A stretch of 64,000 nt of DNA from Octopus sinensis (GCF_006345805.1 NC_043022.1:14322001-14386000), one strand, 5' to 3'. Counted from the first letter of the stretch, positions 12,030 to 24,749 are shown. Notes: a model not told the origin generated them from the sequence alone. Numbers and translations: made by a program.

Positions 12030-12912
12030 TATGTCAGTGTGCATACTCGACGGAGGGTAAGTACCTTGAGAGAAAAGTTGGACCTAAGAAGCATCAGATG
12101 TAGTGTGCAAGAGAGACGACTGCGCTGGTATGGCCATGTGGTGAGAATGGATGAGGATAGCTGTGTGGAAAAGTGCCACATCCTAGCGGTTGAGGGAACC
12201 TGTGGAAGAGATAGACCCAGGAAGACCTGGGGTGAGGTGGTGAAGCATGACCTTAGAACATTGGGCTTCACCAAGGCAACGACTAGTGACCGGGACCTTT
12301 GGAAATATGCTGTGCCTGAGAAGACTTGGCAAGCTCAAGTGAGACCATAACCCTGTGGCCTATGCCAGGGGTGTAACCAGCCCATTTATGTGTACCTTTC
12401 CTTCATTGGACACTAAATTCTGCTTGCGAAGACCTGTTGAGGCAAGTGGAATCAAAATCAAAATCAAATTTGATGACTGGCATCCGTGCTAGTGGAGCGC
12501 TAAGAGTACCATATGAGCGTGACCGTTGCCAGAGCAACAAGCTGGCCTCCATGCCAATGGCACGTAAAAAGCACCATTCGAGCGTCACCTTACTGGCACT
12601 TGTGCTGGTAGCATGTGAAAAAACACTTGAGCGAGATCGTTGCCAGTGCCGCTGGTGGCACATAAATAGCACCATTTGAGCGTGGCCGCTGCCAGTACCA
12701 CCTGACTGGCCCTCATGCTGGTGGCACGTACAAGCACCCACTACACTCTTGGAGTGGTTGGTGTTAGGAAGGGCATCCAGCTGTAGAAACTCTGCCAGAT
12801 CAGATTGGAGTCTGGTGCAGCCATCTGGTTCGCCAGACCTCAGTCAAATCGTCCAACCTATGCCAGCATGGAAAGCAGACGTTAAACGAAGATGATGATG
12901 ATGATGATGATG
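12030..12912 (+). mobile_element. 5'-truncated RTE LINE: RT C-terminus plus 3' UTR plus (GAT)n tail
   Basis: [22 protein letters not shown]...GRDRPRKTW motif, stop at 12350, then UTR and gatgatgat tail. Confidence 0.9.
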
Positions 12913-13326
12913 ATGGTATATTTATGCTTCATCCGTAACCATAAATTTGAAAAAAGAAGCACACACACACACATACATATATATGTGTATCATTGTGGTT
13001 CTGATTGTTGCCTGCCAGCATCGGACAACCGGTGCTGGTGTGTTTACATCTGCTATCATGTAGCAGTTCAACAAAAGAGACTGATAGAATAGGTACCAGG
13101 ATTAAAAAAGAAAATCAAAAGTCCTGGGGGTTCATTTGTATGAGTAAAATTCTTCACAGTGGTGCCCCAGCATGGCCATAATATTATGGCTAAAACAAGT
13201 AAAAAAGATAAAAGGTTGAAATTTTAGATGTGTGTATATATGATAGACTGCATGCAGAGTTGTTCAATACCAGCTTTATCAAGAGGCTGAGGAGGTGGTT
13301 TTTTCCTTTTTTTCTTCTTTTTTTTT

Positions 13327-13549
13327 TTATATTGGCTTAAGATAAGTTACATTATCATATTCTCCGGCTGCTGAAATTCCTGGATCTGAATCTAAACTTT
13401 CATAAAATTCTTCAGATTTTTGCCTATGGAAGTGTAATTCTTGTCCAGGTCCGTTGATATAAATTGAGTTGGTATTTTGCATGGAGGAGGAAGTGACTTG
13501 AGATCCTGATATATTACCTTTGCCTTTGTTGTTTCTGAGCATCTTAGAC
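13327..13549 (-). CDS. Last coding exon (cytoplasmic tail with multiple Tyr motifs) of a single-pass membrane protein
   Basis: Acceptor ctattgcag|G at 13550-13551, phase 2; reads (R)[10 protein letters not shown]...SIYING...FYESL...[11 protein letters not shown]; non-repetitive and phase-compatible with exon 17997-18048. Confidence 0.75.
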
Positions 13550-13574
13550 CTGCAATAGACAATACATATATAAG

Positions 13575-13604
13575 TATATGTATACATATATCTTTATCTA
13601 TCTG

Positions 13605-13663
<59 letters not shown>

Positions 13664-13916
13664 GTCTGTCTATCTATCTGTCTGTCTATCTATCTATCTA
13701 TCTGTCTGTCTATCTATCTATCTATCTGTCTGTCTGTCTGTCTATCTGTCTATATGTCTATCTGTCTCTCTCTCTTTCTCTCTATCTATCTGTCTGTCTG
13801 TCTATCTGTCTGTCTGTCTCTCACTCTCTATCTATCTATCTGTCTGTCTATCTGTCTGTCTGTCTGTCTGTCTCTGTCTCTGTCTCTCTCTATCTGCCTG
13901 TCTGTCTGTCTATCTG

Positions 13917-13945
<29 letters not shown>
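13575..13945. repeat. (TCTA/TCTG)n microsatellite
   Basis: Direct inspection. Confidence 0.95.
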
Positions 13946-13947
<2 letters not shown>

Positions 13948-14985
13948 GGCGAATGGCATCGCGAGTGTCGCATTGCTCTCAAGTAACTATGCCATCCCAG
14001 GTCGACTTTGAGCAACTTCAACACAACCAAAGCATTCTATAGGGGATTAGTGGAGAGGAGGTACGATGATAATCTCGGGGCGAACTTGGGTGTTGACGAG
14101 GAATACCTGACCCGCCTGTTCAAGAGGACTTTCGGGCCAGGACCTATGGACAACTTCCAGAGATCTCTGGCCTGGCAGTGCTACCGAGAAGCGCTACCCA
14201 TTCGGAATAAGCTCTTCAGACACAGCTTGAGAAACATTGGGCCGACCTGCCCGAGATGTGGTCAGAGTGACGAAACCGTTCTGCACGCACTCGTGCAGTG
14301 TCCAACCATTTCCGATCTGTGGGCTTATGTCGAACGACTGTTGTCACGTGTGTGATGAGTTGGTTTATCAGCCGAGTCTATTGTCAATATTGTCACGCCT
14401 CCTTCCTTCAAACGGGAAGGAAGAGCTATTTTCATCATATTTGTGGCTATGGCGAAAGAATGTGTCTGGTGGATGCGTCTGAAAGGATTGGAGACAAACA
14501 CTTTCCTCTCTGGTCAATCTCTCATCAACTTCTTCAAGTATCACTTGAAAAGGAAAGTGAGAGTAGAGAGGCAAGTTTTGTCTAGCGAATGTTTCAAAAA
14601 AAGATGGGTGAATGTAGCAAGGATGGCACGTATGAATGACGAAGCCACCTTGAGCATAATCCTATGAACCCAGAAAAATTTAAAACAGAGTTACCTACTT
14701 GCAAACAAATGTGGTAACATGTAACATTATTGACCCAGGTTACCGGTGTCTTTTCCATAGGCTTTTATTTCCACAGATAAACCTTATCTGTTTCCCCCTT
14801 ACACTTTACATCATGACATTTCTGTGATACACGATCCCTATTGATAATTTTTTTCTTTCTTTTTTACGATCCCTTTTGATCGAAAACCTACCCCATTTTT
14901 TTTTTTTTTCCTTCCCAAAAAGAAATGCTCTACTTTGTAATTTGTCCCCTCTGAGTTCAGCCCTATGTGGCTAATAAAGAAACAT
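13945..14985 (+). mobile_element. L1/Tx1-type LINE 3' remnant (zf-RVT/CCHC region plus 3' UTR)
   Basis: LAWQCYREALP...CPRCGQSDETVLHALVQCP..LW motif; internal stops; aataaa and (ATCT)n tail near 14975-15000. Confidence 0.85.
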
Positions 14986-15084
14986 ATCTATCTATCTATC
15001 CACCCATCTATCTATCCGTCCATCTATCTATCTATCCATCCATCCATCCATCCATCTATCCATCCATCCATCCATCTCATCACC

Positions 15085-15535
15085 ATCATCATCATCGTTT
15101 AACATCTACCTTCTATTCTGGCATGGTTTGATTGGAGGACTGGCAAGCCAGGAGGCGGCATCATGCTCAAATCTGATTTGGCAAAGTTTCTTCAGCTGGA
15201 TGCCCTTTCTAATGCCAACCACTGCGAGAATGTACTGGGTGCTTTATACATGCCACCAGCACGGGACCCAGTCAGGCAGCACTAGCCTTAACCATGCTTG
15301 AATGGTGCTTTTTATGTGCCAGTCAGGTGGCATAGGCATCGGTCATGATTGAATGGTGCTTTTACGTGCCACTGACACGGGAGCCAGTCAGGCAGCACTG
15401 GCATTGACTACATTTGAATGGGGATTTTTATGTGCCACTGACACAGGTTCCAGTCAGGTGGCACCAGCATCAGCTATGCTAAAATGGTGCTTTTCATATG
15501 CCACCGGCACCAGAGCCAGGCAGGTAGTACTGGCT
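15085..15535 (-). mobile_element. RTE LINE 3' UTR fragment
   Basis: Same family as 3352-4105. Confidence 0.75.
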
Positions 15536-15540
15536 GTATA

Positions 15541-17510
15541 TGAGAAGGAGAGCCTTCCAAATGTTGACCCAGTAGAGGGACCAGCTATCCCAATAGACAG
15601 CTCCCTAGTAGATAAAGCAATTAAGGGTATGAAGCCAGGAAAAGCCCCCGGCCCATCAGGAATCACTGCTGAGATGCTTAAAATAGCTGGTGGTGTGGCC
15701 TAGTCACCCTCATTATAAACCAGGTAGTTCATAATGGAGTCATACCCAATGACTGGTATAGCAGCACCATAGTCAACTGCTACAAGGGTAAAGGTGATGC
15801 TCTAGATAGAAATAACTTCAGGGGTATCAAACTGCTGGATCAGGCAATGAAGGTCACGGAGAGGCTCATAGCCCATCTCATTAAGGAGAGAGTCTGCTTA
15901 GATGAGATGCAGTTCGGTTTTGTGCCAGGTAGAAGCACCACTGATGCCATATTCCTAGTTCAACAACTGCAGGAGAAATACCTAGCTAAAGATAAACCCC
16001 TCTACTTAGCTTTTGTAGACTTGGAGAAAGCCTTTGACAGGGTCCCCTGATCCCTTATCTGGTGGGCAATGGGGAAACTGGAGATTGACAAATGGTAAAT
16101 AAGGGCTGTTCAGGCCCTATACAGAGACGCCATTAGTAAGGTTAGGATTGGCATTGAGTATAGTGAAGAATTCCAGGTAGAAGTAGAGGTCCACCAAGGT
16201 TCAGCCCTCCTTCCCCTTTTATTCCTCATAGTCCTCCAGGCAATAACAGAGGAATTTCGAGACAGGTTGCTCCTGGGAGCTCCTGTATGCTGATGACCTG
16301 GCTCTCATAGCAGAATCACTACCAGAACTAGAAAAGAAATTTCAGGTGTGGAAGCTAGGTTTAGAATCAAAAGGCCTTAGAGTCAATGTAGCAAAGACCA
16401 AAGTTCTAGTAAGTTGGAAGGCGAACTCATCACACACCCCCTCAGGTAGGTGGCCCTGCTCGATCTGTAGAAAAGGTGTAGGTAGAAACTCCATATGATG
16501 TACCCAGTGTAAGCTATGGACACATAAGAGGTGCAGCAACATCAAAGGAAAACTAACCAAGAAGATAGCTTTCATGTGCGGCAGATGCACAGGGGCAATA
16601 AATACCACAAATGCTCAGAAAACAGATTCCATCACACTCTAGGGGAAGAAACTAGGAGTAGTTGATAGTTTCCGCTACCTAGGTGACCAAGTTAGTAGTG
16701 GAGGTGGATGCTCGGAGAGTGTCACCACTAGAATACGAATAGCCTGGGCAAAGTTTAGAAAGCTTCTACTCCTACTGGTGTCAAAGGGTCTCTCGCTCAG
16801 AGTGAAAGGTAGATTGTATGATGCATGTGTGAGAACTGCCATGCTTCACAGCAGTGAAACATGGGCTGTGACTGCAAAGGACATGCGTAGACTTGAAAGA
16901 AATGAGGCTAGCATAACCCGCTGGATGTGTAATATCAGTGAACACACATGACAGAGTGTAAGCACCCTGAGAGAAATGCTGGACATAGGAAGCATTGAAT
17001 GTGGTGTGCAAGAGAGACGTTTGCATTGGTATGGTCATGTACTACGGATGGATGAGGAGAGATGTGTGAAAAAGTGCCACTTCCAAACAGCTGAAGGAAT
17101 CCAGAGTAGAGGTAGACCCAGGAAGACATGGGATGAGGTGGTCAAGCATGACCTTCAAATGTTGGACCTCACAGAGACAATGACGAAAGACTGCGACCTC
17201 TGGAGATATGCTGTGACTGCGAAGACCTGACAAATAACATGAGTTCATGGCTGTTTCCTGCACCAGCTTCACATAGAAGCCCCAGCCCATCCAAAGTACC
17301 TTGGATCGCAGGACGGCCTGCTGTGCTTACCTTGGATCGTAGGGCAACCTGCTGTGCTTGAGGAGACCCATTGAGTCAAGTGCATCAACATCAAAATGAA
17401 AATCAAATGGAAATTGTAGTTGTGACACCTTTGCCGGTGGCACACAAACAGCTCCATCCGAATGTGGCTGAAGCCAGCGCCACCTTGACTGGCTTCCATG
17501 CCTGTGGCAT
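15541..17510 (+). pseudogene. Disrupted RTE-clade LINE reverse transcriptase (5'-truncated) with Cys/His-rich insert and 3' UTR
   Basis: GKAPGPSGI, QFGFVPGRSTTDAI, AFVDLEKAFDRVP, LYADDL, CSICRK...CTQCKLWTHKRC...CGRC, RRLHWYGHVLRM motifs; multiple stops and frameshifts. Confidence 0.92.
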
Positions 17511-17996
17511 CTATATATATACAAATATATATATCTCTTATGATAAAAGGCAGATTTTCTCTGTCTGTGACTATGTTTGTTTTTAATACAATTGTACAAT
17601 ATAGAATTTCTTCAATTGGAATTTACCTATGATTTTTCGAAGTAGATTCCATTGGGTCATGCCATATAAATTTTTTTCAATTTGACCCCCAATTAAGCAA
17701 AAATTTGCCTCTCTCATTTACTCCTTCTATTACCACATTTTCTCCTACTTTCTCTTTGCAAGTGTACCTTAAACCCCTACCCCACAAAAATACATAGAGG
17801 AAACAGAGAAAAAAATAAATACACAACTTCCGATCAGCGCACCCAGCTGCTGACATCATCCCACATGACACAGAGATAGGTTGCTTCCTGAAAGTCGCTC
17901 ACAGATATAGACAAGCACACATATACACACAGACACACATGCAAGCACAAGAAGGAAATGAAATGAGAATAAAGATTGATGATATATGAGTTTTAC

Positions 17997-18048
17997 CTGA
18001 TAAGAAGGACTAACAGTAACAATATGATGACTGCAAGGAGACCAATAA
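17997..18048 (-). CDS. Transmembrane-helix exon of the minus-strand membrane protein
   Basis: tctcttctttag|TT ATT GGT...ATC AG|gtaaaa; 52 bp, phase 1 to 2; encodes xIGLLAVIILLLLVLLIR and joins 13549 in frame. Confidence 0.8.
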
Positions 18049-18625
18049 CTAAAGAAGAGAAACAAAAATACTCAATCAAACAATGTTTTACGTATATACT
18101 TAAATGGCAGCTGATTTAATTAATGTAATAATAATTAAGGAAAGAAAGTTACCGTCTTTGAAAATTACTAATGTAATGGAAAGGGAATTCATTAGCTTTG
18201 ATAATAGCTGTTAAAATCAAGGGAAACAAATTCCTGGATAGAAATTGATTCAAATTGGAGACATGCTGTAGGAGGGGAATCTGATTGTTGGTAGGTATAC
18301 AGACAACTCTAGACAGGTTTTGGTGTTATAAGACCTTTTCAGTAAAGTATAGTGATATTTGTTGTTCCCAGACCTCACACTCTCTCCAATGATGAGCTTC
18401 AACATGCTTGAACAACCAATCCCAACAATTTCGGATTCATAGTAAGGGTTGTACTCTTCATCCTTTCAATCACTGAAAAGAAAAAGGTGGTTGACAAAAC
18501 CCTCCATTTGGCGGATTTTTGTGAGTCACCCTCTCGCCCTTCTATGCCAATCTATGTGACAAGGTTACCCATTGACAGCTGAGTGAACTGGAGAAAGATG
18601 AAATGAAGTGTTTTGCTCAAGAACA

Positions 18626-19157
18626 TGTAGTGACGTCATATTCAAGTGTGCTCACACGCAACGTCATTCTTCAGTGTGCGTGTGCGGAACGTCCTTCTTC
18701 AGTGTGTGTTTGCGGGGTTGGAACCTTCTGGAACCTTCCGGAAAGGCATAAGGAAGTTCCCTCATGCACATGCGCTAGAGACTGGGGAAGAAATTCTATC
18801 GCGTTCCTTAATAGCGTCGGGGACTTGAGACACGGCGATAGAAGAGAAAGGATGTATTTTCAAACGTGTGATCAGCCAATTCTCCTGTCCCAGACGCTTA
18901 GAATTTGACCTGCTCTGTTGCTGCTGAATTTGTTGTAAGATCTTACAAACGTTAAAATTCAGCCTTGCTGTGTTGAACTAAGTGGATACCAATATACCAA
19001 TGTGCTTCATTTGTGAATAAGAGAATAAAGAATCATATATATTTTTAAAGTTGCGTTTTGTTCCTGACTGGTAGTTTCTAGAAACAAAAAGAAAGGAAAT
19101 TGTGTTGCACCCAAGTTGCACCCCAAAAGTGTAAAAAAGCAACCAGTTCCCTTTACA
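18626..19157 (+). mobile_element. Solo LTR (Gypsy-like ends) inserted into a SINE
   Basis: TGTA...TACA termini, 4-bp TSD aaca, aataaa at 19024; flanks rejoin to the SINE segment ctcaagaacacaatgc seen intact at ~50630. Confidence 0.7.
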
Positions 19158-20969
19158 AACACAATGCCCAGCAGCCAGTCTGGGAATTGAAACTACAATC
19201 TTGTGATTGTGAGTGCAACACCCTAACCCCTAGGCCAGGCCCCTTCACTTTCCCCACTGCATGAAGGGACCAATTAGTTTCTTGAAACAATTTCAATTTT
19301 GAAGTTGTTGCTGTTCTTCCTTGATTATCATTAATACAAATGATTCCTCTTTCCCTCCTGACTGTAAGTTGAACTCTTCACTTCCTGTTCTAGGACACAG
19401 TACAACAAGGAAATGTAGGAACCTTGTTTATAGTCATTTCGAGGGAAGTGAAGAGGTCTTTCATGTAAGGGCAGATAACTCTAACCCCTTCTTCAATCAT
19501 TCAGTTCTCTTCTGTCACAGAATCACTACAACATTGGCGTTTTGACTTGGAAAATCTTCAATATGATTTTCAGAGTTAATTAAATAAATATTTTGGTGTG
19601 GAGGAGTAATTATTTTAAGTTTATTAGCCTCGCTTGACTCTCTGTCTTTCACTCAGACATTCTTGATGCAGTTAATAAAGTGACAGACATCAAATATCTT
19701 TTAATAATAATTTCTCCATTATTTTCAAAATCAATTAAAACAAAGATAGAATATTTGATTAGAAATATAATCCCAAAAGGGTTAAATTAATTCAGACATC
19801 CTTGGTGCTGTTATTAAACAGTCAATTAAATTCAGAGTTGAGTTGGGACCAAAAACAGACAATCCTACCCAATCATGACACCCAGATTTTCAATCCTTGA
19901 AATTTAGTGGGAACCCTTCCAATCATACCCAGAAAATAATTACCAAGCTTCTATCAAATTAACTCACAAAGCATTGGTTTTGCTGGCTGGCCCAGGACTA
20001 GAAGAAAAGACACTTGCCAAAGGTGTCATGAAGTGGGATTGAACACAAAACCTTGTGGTTGCATAAGGAAAAAATTTATTAGGAAAAATTATGAGATGTT
20101 ACATGAAGAAAAACAATAATTACCTATAATCATGATGAGAGATATTTCATTACAATTAATTTTCTCTAAAAAGTAAAGAAAAGCTTTAATTAAAAATCAG
20201 CAAAAATCTTTCTAATATGAATGAACATTATTATTGATTTGAGAAGACGTACGACTTAAAGGATTGGTTGCTGTTTAGCTATATATTTAGGGGTTGGTTA
20301 TCACGTGACCGAACAGACCATCAGATGTTGTTACACATCACTGGTCACAATGCATTCGCAATGTTTTAGCCTTCGATTGACGCCACCCCGCTGGCTAAGC
20401 GAGCAGGCCAACAGACGAAAGAGTGGTGAAAGAGTACAGCAGGGATCACCAACCCCTGCCGGAGCCACGTGGAGCTTTTAGGTGTTTTCGCTCAATAAAC
20501 ACACACAACACCCGGTCTGGGAATCGAAACCGTGATCCTACAACCGCGAGTCCGCTGCCCTAACCACTGGGCCATTGCGCCTCCACAGAGGTTGGTTATA
20601 GATTTACTTATTGAATTTATTTACTGATACTGTTGTAGATAGGGGAAACATGTTTCTTGTGGTGTAATTAATAAGTTAATGTTTAATCCTTCCTAGAATT
20701 AAGATGGAATGAATGTGGTGGTTCCTTAGGTATGTTTGTTCTCAAACAACACTCCTTTTAGTGCTGCTGACACTGCCGAATTGAATGGTCCTGCCCAGGT
20801 GTTGAAACTATAATGAAATCCATGGGGCAGCTGATGATGGACATATGTTGGATTGTTGGTGTGGCTGTTTTTGTATGTATAGAATAGTATCATAACATCC
20901 TTTTCATATATATATATATATATATATCCATACACATGTGTGTGTTGGGGGGGGGGGGTGCATATTTAC

Positions 20970-21003
<34 letters not shown>

Positions 21004-21440
21004 CCATACACATGACAGGTTTTTGTTGAAAAACTTGGACCATTTGGTTAGGAAACAAACTTTTTACTACATGACCATGTCTGGGCCTCATCATCATCAT
21101 CATCATTATCATTATTATCATCATCACCATTATCATCATCATCATCTTTTAACATCAGCTTTCCGAGCTGGCTCGGGTTAGATGCTTTCACAATACACAT
21201 AAATATGTGTGTGTGTATGTGTTTCATATTATTAACAACATAACATTTATTTATTTTATTTGAAAACTTCTCATTGGCATTCAACAAAATTTCCACAGAA
21301 TGATGGCAACAGTCATATGTCCATGGCATGTAAAAAACACGAGGCTTTGCATAAGAATAAATAAACTGTAGCCATATCCATGGCTTTGTGAAGATTTGGT
21401 GTTCCAAATTATTAATGAATTGTCTGATAATCATGTAATT

Positions 21441-21945
21441 ATGGGTCGCAAGTGTGACTCAACCGCTTTAAAGAAATCTGTTATTACTTCTGAACTTACA
21501 AAAGGTAAACCAAAATTAGAAATACCTAAAATAATTGGAAAGTATCACCAAACTGTGAAAAAAATTGTTACAGCTCCTATGAAGATAGTTAAGAGGGCCG
21601 ACAAGGGGCAATCGAGGGCTGTTTCTCAATGTTCTCTGTCATGAATTAAGCATGAAGCTGTAAAGAAACCAGGTATTACAGGTGGAGAAGCTTCCAAGCA
21701 CATTGGCATAACACCTGTATCCAGAACTACCTGACGTTGTCTCCTGGAAAGGTAAACCAGTGATATCGTTCCTTTGAACACAATACACACACAAAATCAT
21801 CTGAAATGGGCAGAAGATAACAAGAAGTTGGGCTTTTCAACAGTTTTGTTTATGGATGAAACTCGTGCTACCCTTGATGGACCTGATGGTTGGAGCAAGG
21901 GAAGGGTTGTAAATGGACGAGAAATGGTCATCAACACTTGAGACA
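21441..21945 (+). pseudogene. Decayed Tc1/mariner-superfamily transposase fragment
   Basis: MGRKCD...HTH-like N-terminus, then HLKWAEDNKKLGFSTVLFMDETRATLDGPDGW (first catalytic D region); stops present. Confidence 0.8.
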
Positions 21946-22074
21946 CCAAATACAAAACATTTAACCCTTTTCATGCTAACCTGTTCAACACTGCCCTTCC
22001 TTCTATGATACAAATATCCTGTTTAAAGTGAATGGTCATCACTTAAAACCTTCCATCCAAATTTCATACTCTTT

Positions 22075-22482
22075 ACTCGTTTACTCTTTTACTTGTTTCA
22101 GTCATTTGACTGCGGCCATGCTGGAGCACCGCCTTTAGTCGAGCAACTCGACCCCGGGACTTATTCTTTGTAAGCCCAGTACTTATTCTATCGGTCTATT
22201 TTGCCGAACCGCTAAGTGACGGGGACGTAAACACACCAGCATCGGTTGTCAAGCAATGCTAAGGGGACAAACACAAACACACAAACATATACACACACAC
22301 TTATATATATATACACATATACGACAGGCTTCTTTCAGTTTCCGTCTACCAAATCCACTCACAAGGCATTGGTCAGCCCGGGGCTATAGCAGAAGACACC
22401 TGCCGAAGTTTCCACGCAGTGGGACTGAACCCGGAACCATGTGGTTGATTAGCAAGCTACTTACCACACAGCCACTCCTGTG
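22075..22482 (-). mobile_element. CORE-like SINE copy (further copies ~37470-37875, 41815-42232, 43060-43432, 63785-64000 on -; partial + copies 46065, 54745, 57815, 61375, 62225)
   Basis: High similarity to 865-1270. Confidence 0.85.
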
Positions 22483-22645
22483 CCTATATGTTCCTTTTTT
22501 CCCCAAACCCCATCTTGATAATGACAAAGCTATTTTACTAAATTCTTCCTATTTTTTCAAAACTAATTGCAACAAAGACAGAGTATTGCAACAGAAATAT
22601 GGTAAGAAAAGGGTTGAATGAGACAAGTTCAGATACACCAAATAC

Positions 22646-22745
22646 CTTTTGTTATTCGAGAAAATCTTGCCACCGAGGAATTGTGAGTACTGCTTTCTTC
22701 ATTTCTTTTGAATTTATACTCTGTGTAATTGCTGATCAGACTTAT
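22646..22745 (-). CDS. Probable extracellular-stalk exon of the minus-strand membrane protein
   Basis: ctatcatttcag|ATA AGT...ACA AAA G|gtattt; 100 bp, phase 0 to 1; ISLISNYTEYKFKRNEESSTHNSSVARFSRITK with two NxS/T sequons; phase fits TM exon. Confidence 0.5.
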
Positions 22746-23459
22746 CTGAAATGATAGATTTGAAATATCGTTAAGATACCTCAGCTGTTTGAGTTCTGAT
22801 TATGAGTTGCCTCGGTTCCTTGTCAAGGGGTTGGTGTCGTTTGTCCTTAGCACTTTCTGTTTGTGTCAATGTTCTTTGCTGGAAGTGGGGGGTGGTGCCA
22901 GCGGGGGAAGCATTAAATTCCTTCTTCCTTCAAATCTTATCTCAAGTCAATCAATCAGTCAATAGATCAATCGATCAATAATATTTCTTTCTCACAAGTT
23001 TGATAAAGAGATTCTACTGCTTGCCTTTTCTCCAAACCAGAAATATCCCTCAACGGGTTATTAGCGTCTTTGATCTTAATTAAGAGAGTGACTTAACATT
23101 CTCCACTGACGATATGGATATGGAGTTAGTCCTGCAGATGAAGAGAACGGTCAGCAATTACACACTGCTCCCACTGCTTGTCACTGTAAAATGCAACACT
23201 GCCGCAAATATCATCATCTTGATCAGCAACATCGTCATCACCACTGCCATCACCGTGGTGGTGGCAGTGGATTAGCAACAGGGTTGAGAAAAAGAGGAGA
23301 CAGAGTTGAGAGGTGAGAGGGTGGGTTGTATAGTGAGGATGGTGGTGGGGGAGGGTCAGGCCCAGGGCTATCCCTCATTATAAGTATGTCTCAGAAGTTG
23401 ACCCCCACAGAAAGTGTGAACCCAGTCATTTTGAAGTATGAAATTCACTTCCATAAAAC

Positions 23460-24631
23460 ATGTAGCCTGACTCAGTAACATCTCTACATGTAGCCTGACT
23501 CCCTAACATCTCTACACGTAGCCTGACTCCCTAACATCTCTACATGTAGCCTGACTCCCTAACATCTCTACATGTAGACTGACTCTAACATCTCTATATG
23601 TAGTCTGACTCCCTAACATCTCTACATGTAGCCTGACTCCCTAACATCTCTACACGTAGCCTGACTCCCTAACATCTCTACATGTAGCCTGACTCCCTAA
23701 CATCTCTACATGTAGACTGACTCTAACATCTCTATATGTAGTCTGACTCCCTAACATCTCTACATGTAGCCTGACTCCCTAACATCTCAACATGTAGCCT
23801 GACTCCTTAACATCTCTACACGTAGCCTGACTCCCTAACATCTCTACATGTAGACTGACTCTAACATCTCTATATGTAGCCTGACTCCCTAACATCTCTA
23901 CATGTAGCCTGACTCCCTAACATCTCTACACGTAGCCTGACTCCTTAACATCTCTACATGTAGCCTGACTCCCTAACATCTCTACACATAGCCTGACTCC
24001 CTAACATCTCTACATGTAGCCTGACTCCCTAACATCTCTACATGTAGCCTGACTCCCTAACAACTCTACATGTAGCCTGACTCCCTAACATCTCTACATG
24101 TAGCCTGACTCCCTAACATCTCTACATGTAGCCTGACTCCCTAACATCTCTACACGTAGCCTGACTCCCTAACATCTCTACATGTAGCCTGACTCCCTAA
24201 CATCTCTACATGTAGCCTGACTCCCTAACAACTCTACATGTAGCCTGACTCCCTAACATCTCTACATGTAGCCTGACTCTCTAACATCTCTACATGTAGC
24301 CTGACTCCCTAACATCTCTACACGTAGCCTGACTCCCTAACATCTCTACATGTAGCCTGACTCCCTAACATCTCTACATGTAGCCTGACTCCCTAACATC
24401 TCTACACGTAGCCTGACTCCTTAACATCTCTACATGTAGCCTGACTCCCTAACATCTCTACACATAGCCTGACTCCCTAACATCTCTACATGTAGCATGA
24501 CTCTCTAACATCTCTACATGTAGCCTGACTCCCTAACATCTCTACACTTAGCCTGACACTCTAACATCTCTACATGTAGCCTGACTCCCTAACATCTCTA
24601 CATGTAGCCTGACCCCCTAACATCTCTACAT
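23460..24631. repeat. 28-bp minisatellite (tgtagcctgactccctaacatctctaca)n, about 40 copies
   Basis: Direct inspection; ends just before the N gap. Confidence 0.95.
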
Positions 24632-24648
24632 GTTTCCTCTCAGACATT

Positions 24649-24748
24649 NNNNNNNNNNNNNNNNNNNNNNNNNNNNNNNNNNNNNNNNNNNNNNNNNNNN
24701 NNNNNNNNNNNNNNNNNNNNNNNNNNNNNNNNNNNNNNNNNNNNNNNN
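24649..24748. other. Assembly gap (100 N)
   Basis: Run of N. Confidence 1.
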
Positions 24749-24749
24749 G

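Noticed and set aside
19321-19545. 74-aa plus-strand ORF
   Set aside because: The opposite strand resembles a decayed LINE endonuclease. No splice or domain support.
23190-23260. Signal-peptide-like exon (MAVVMTMLLIKMMIFAAVLHF...) for the membrane protein
   Set aside because: Low-complexity GAT/GTG-rich sequence, weak donors, and an implausibly short following intron. Cannot be supported.
23460-24631. CRISPR-like array
   Set aside because: 28-bp repeats are contiguous with no unique spacers, there are no cas genes, and the context is eukaryotic. The MITE arrays likewise have invariant spacers.
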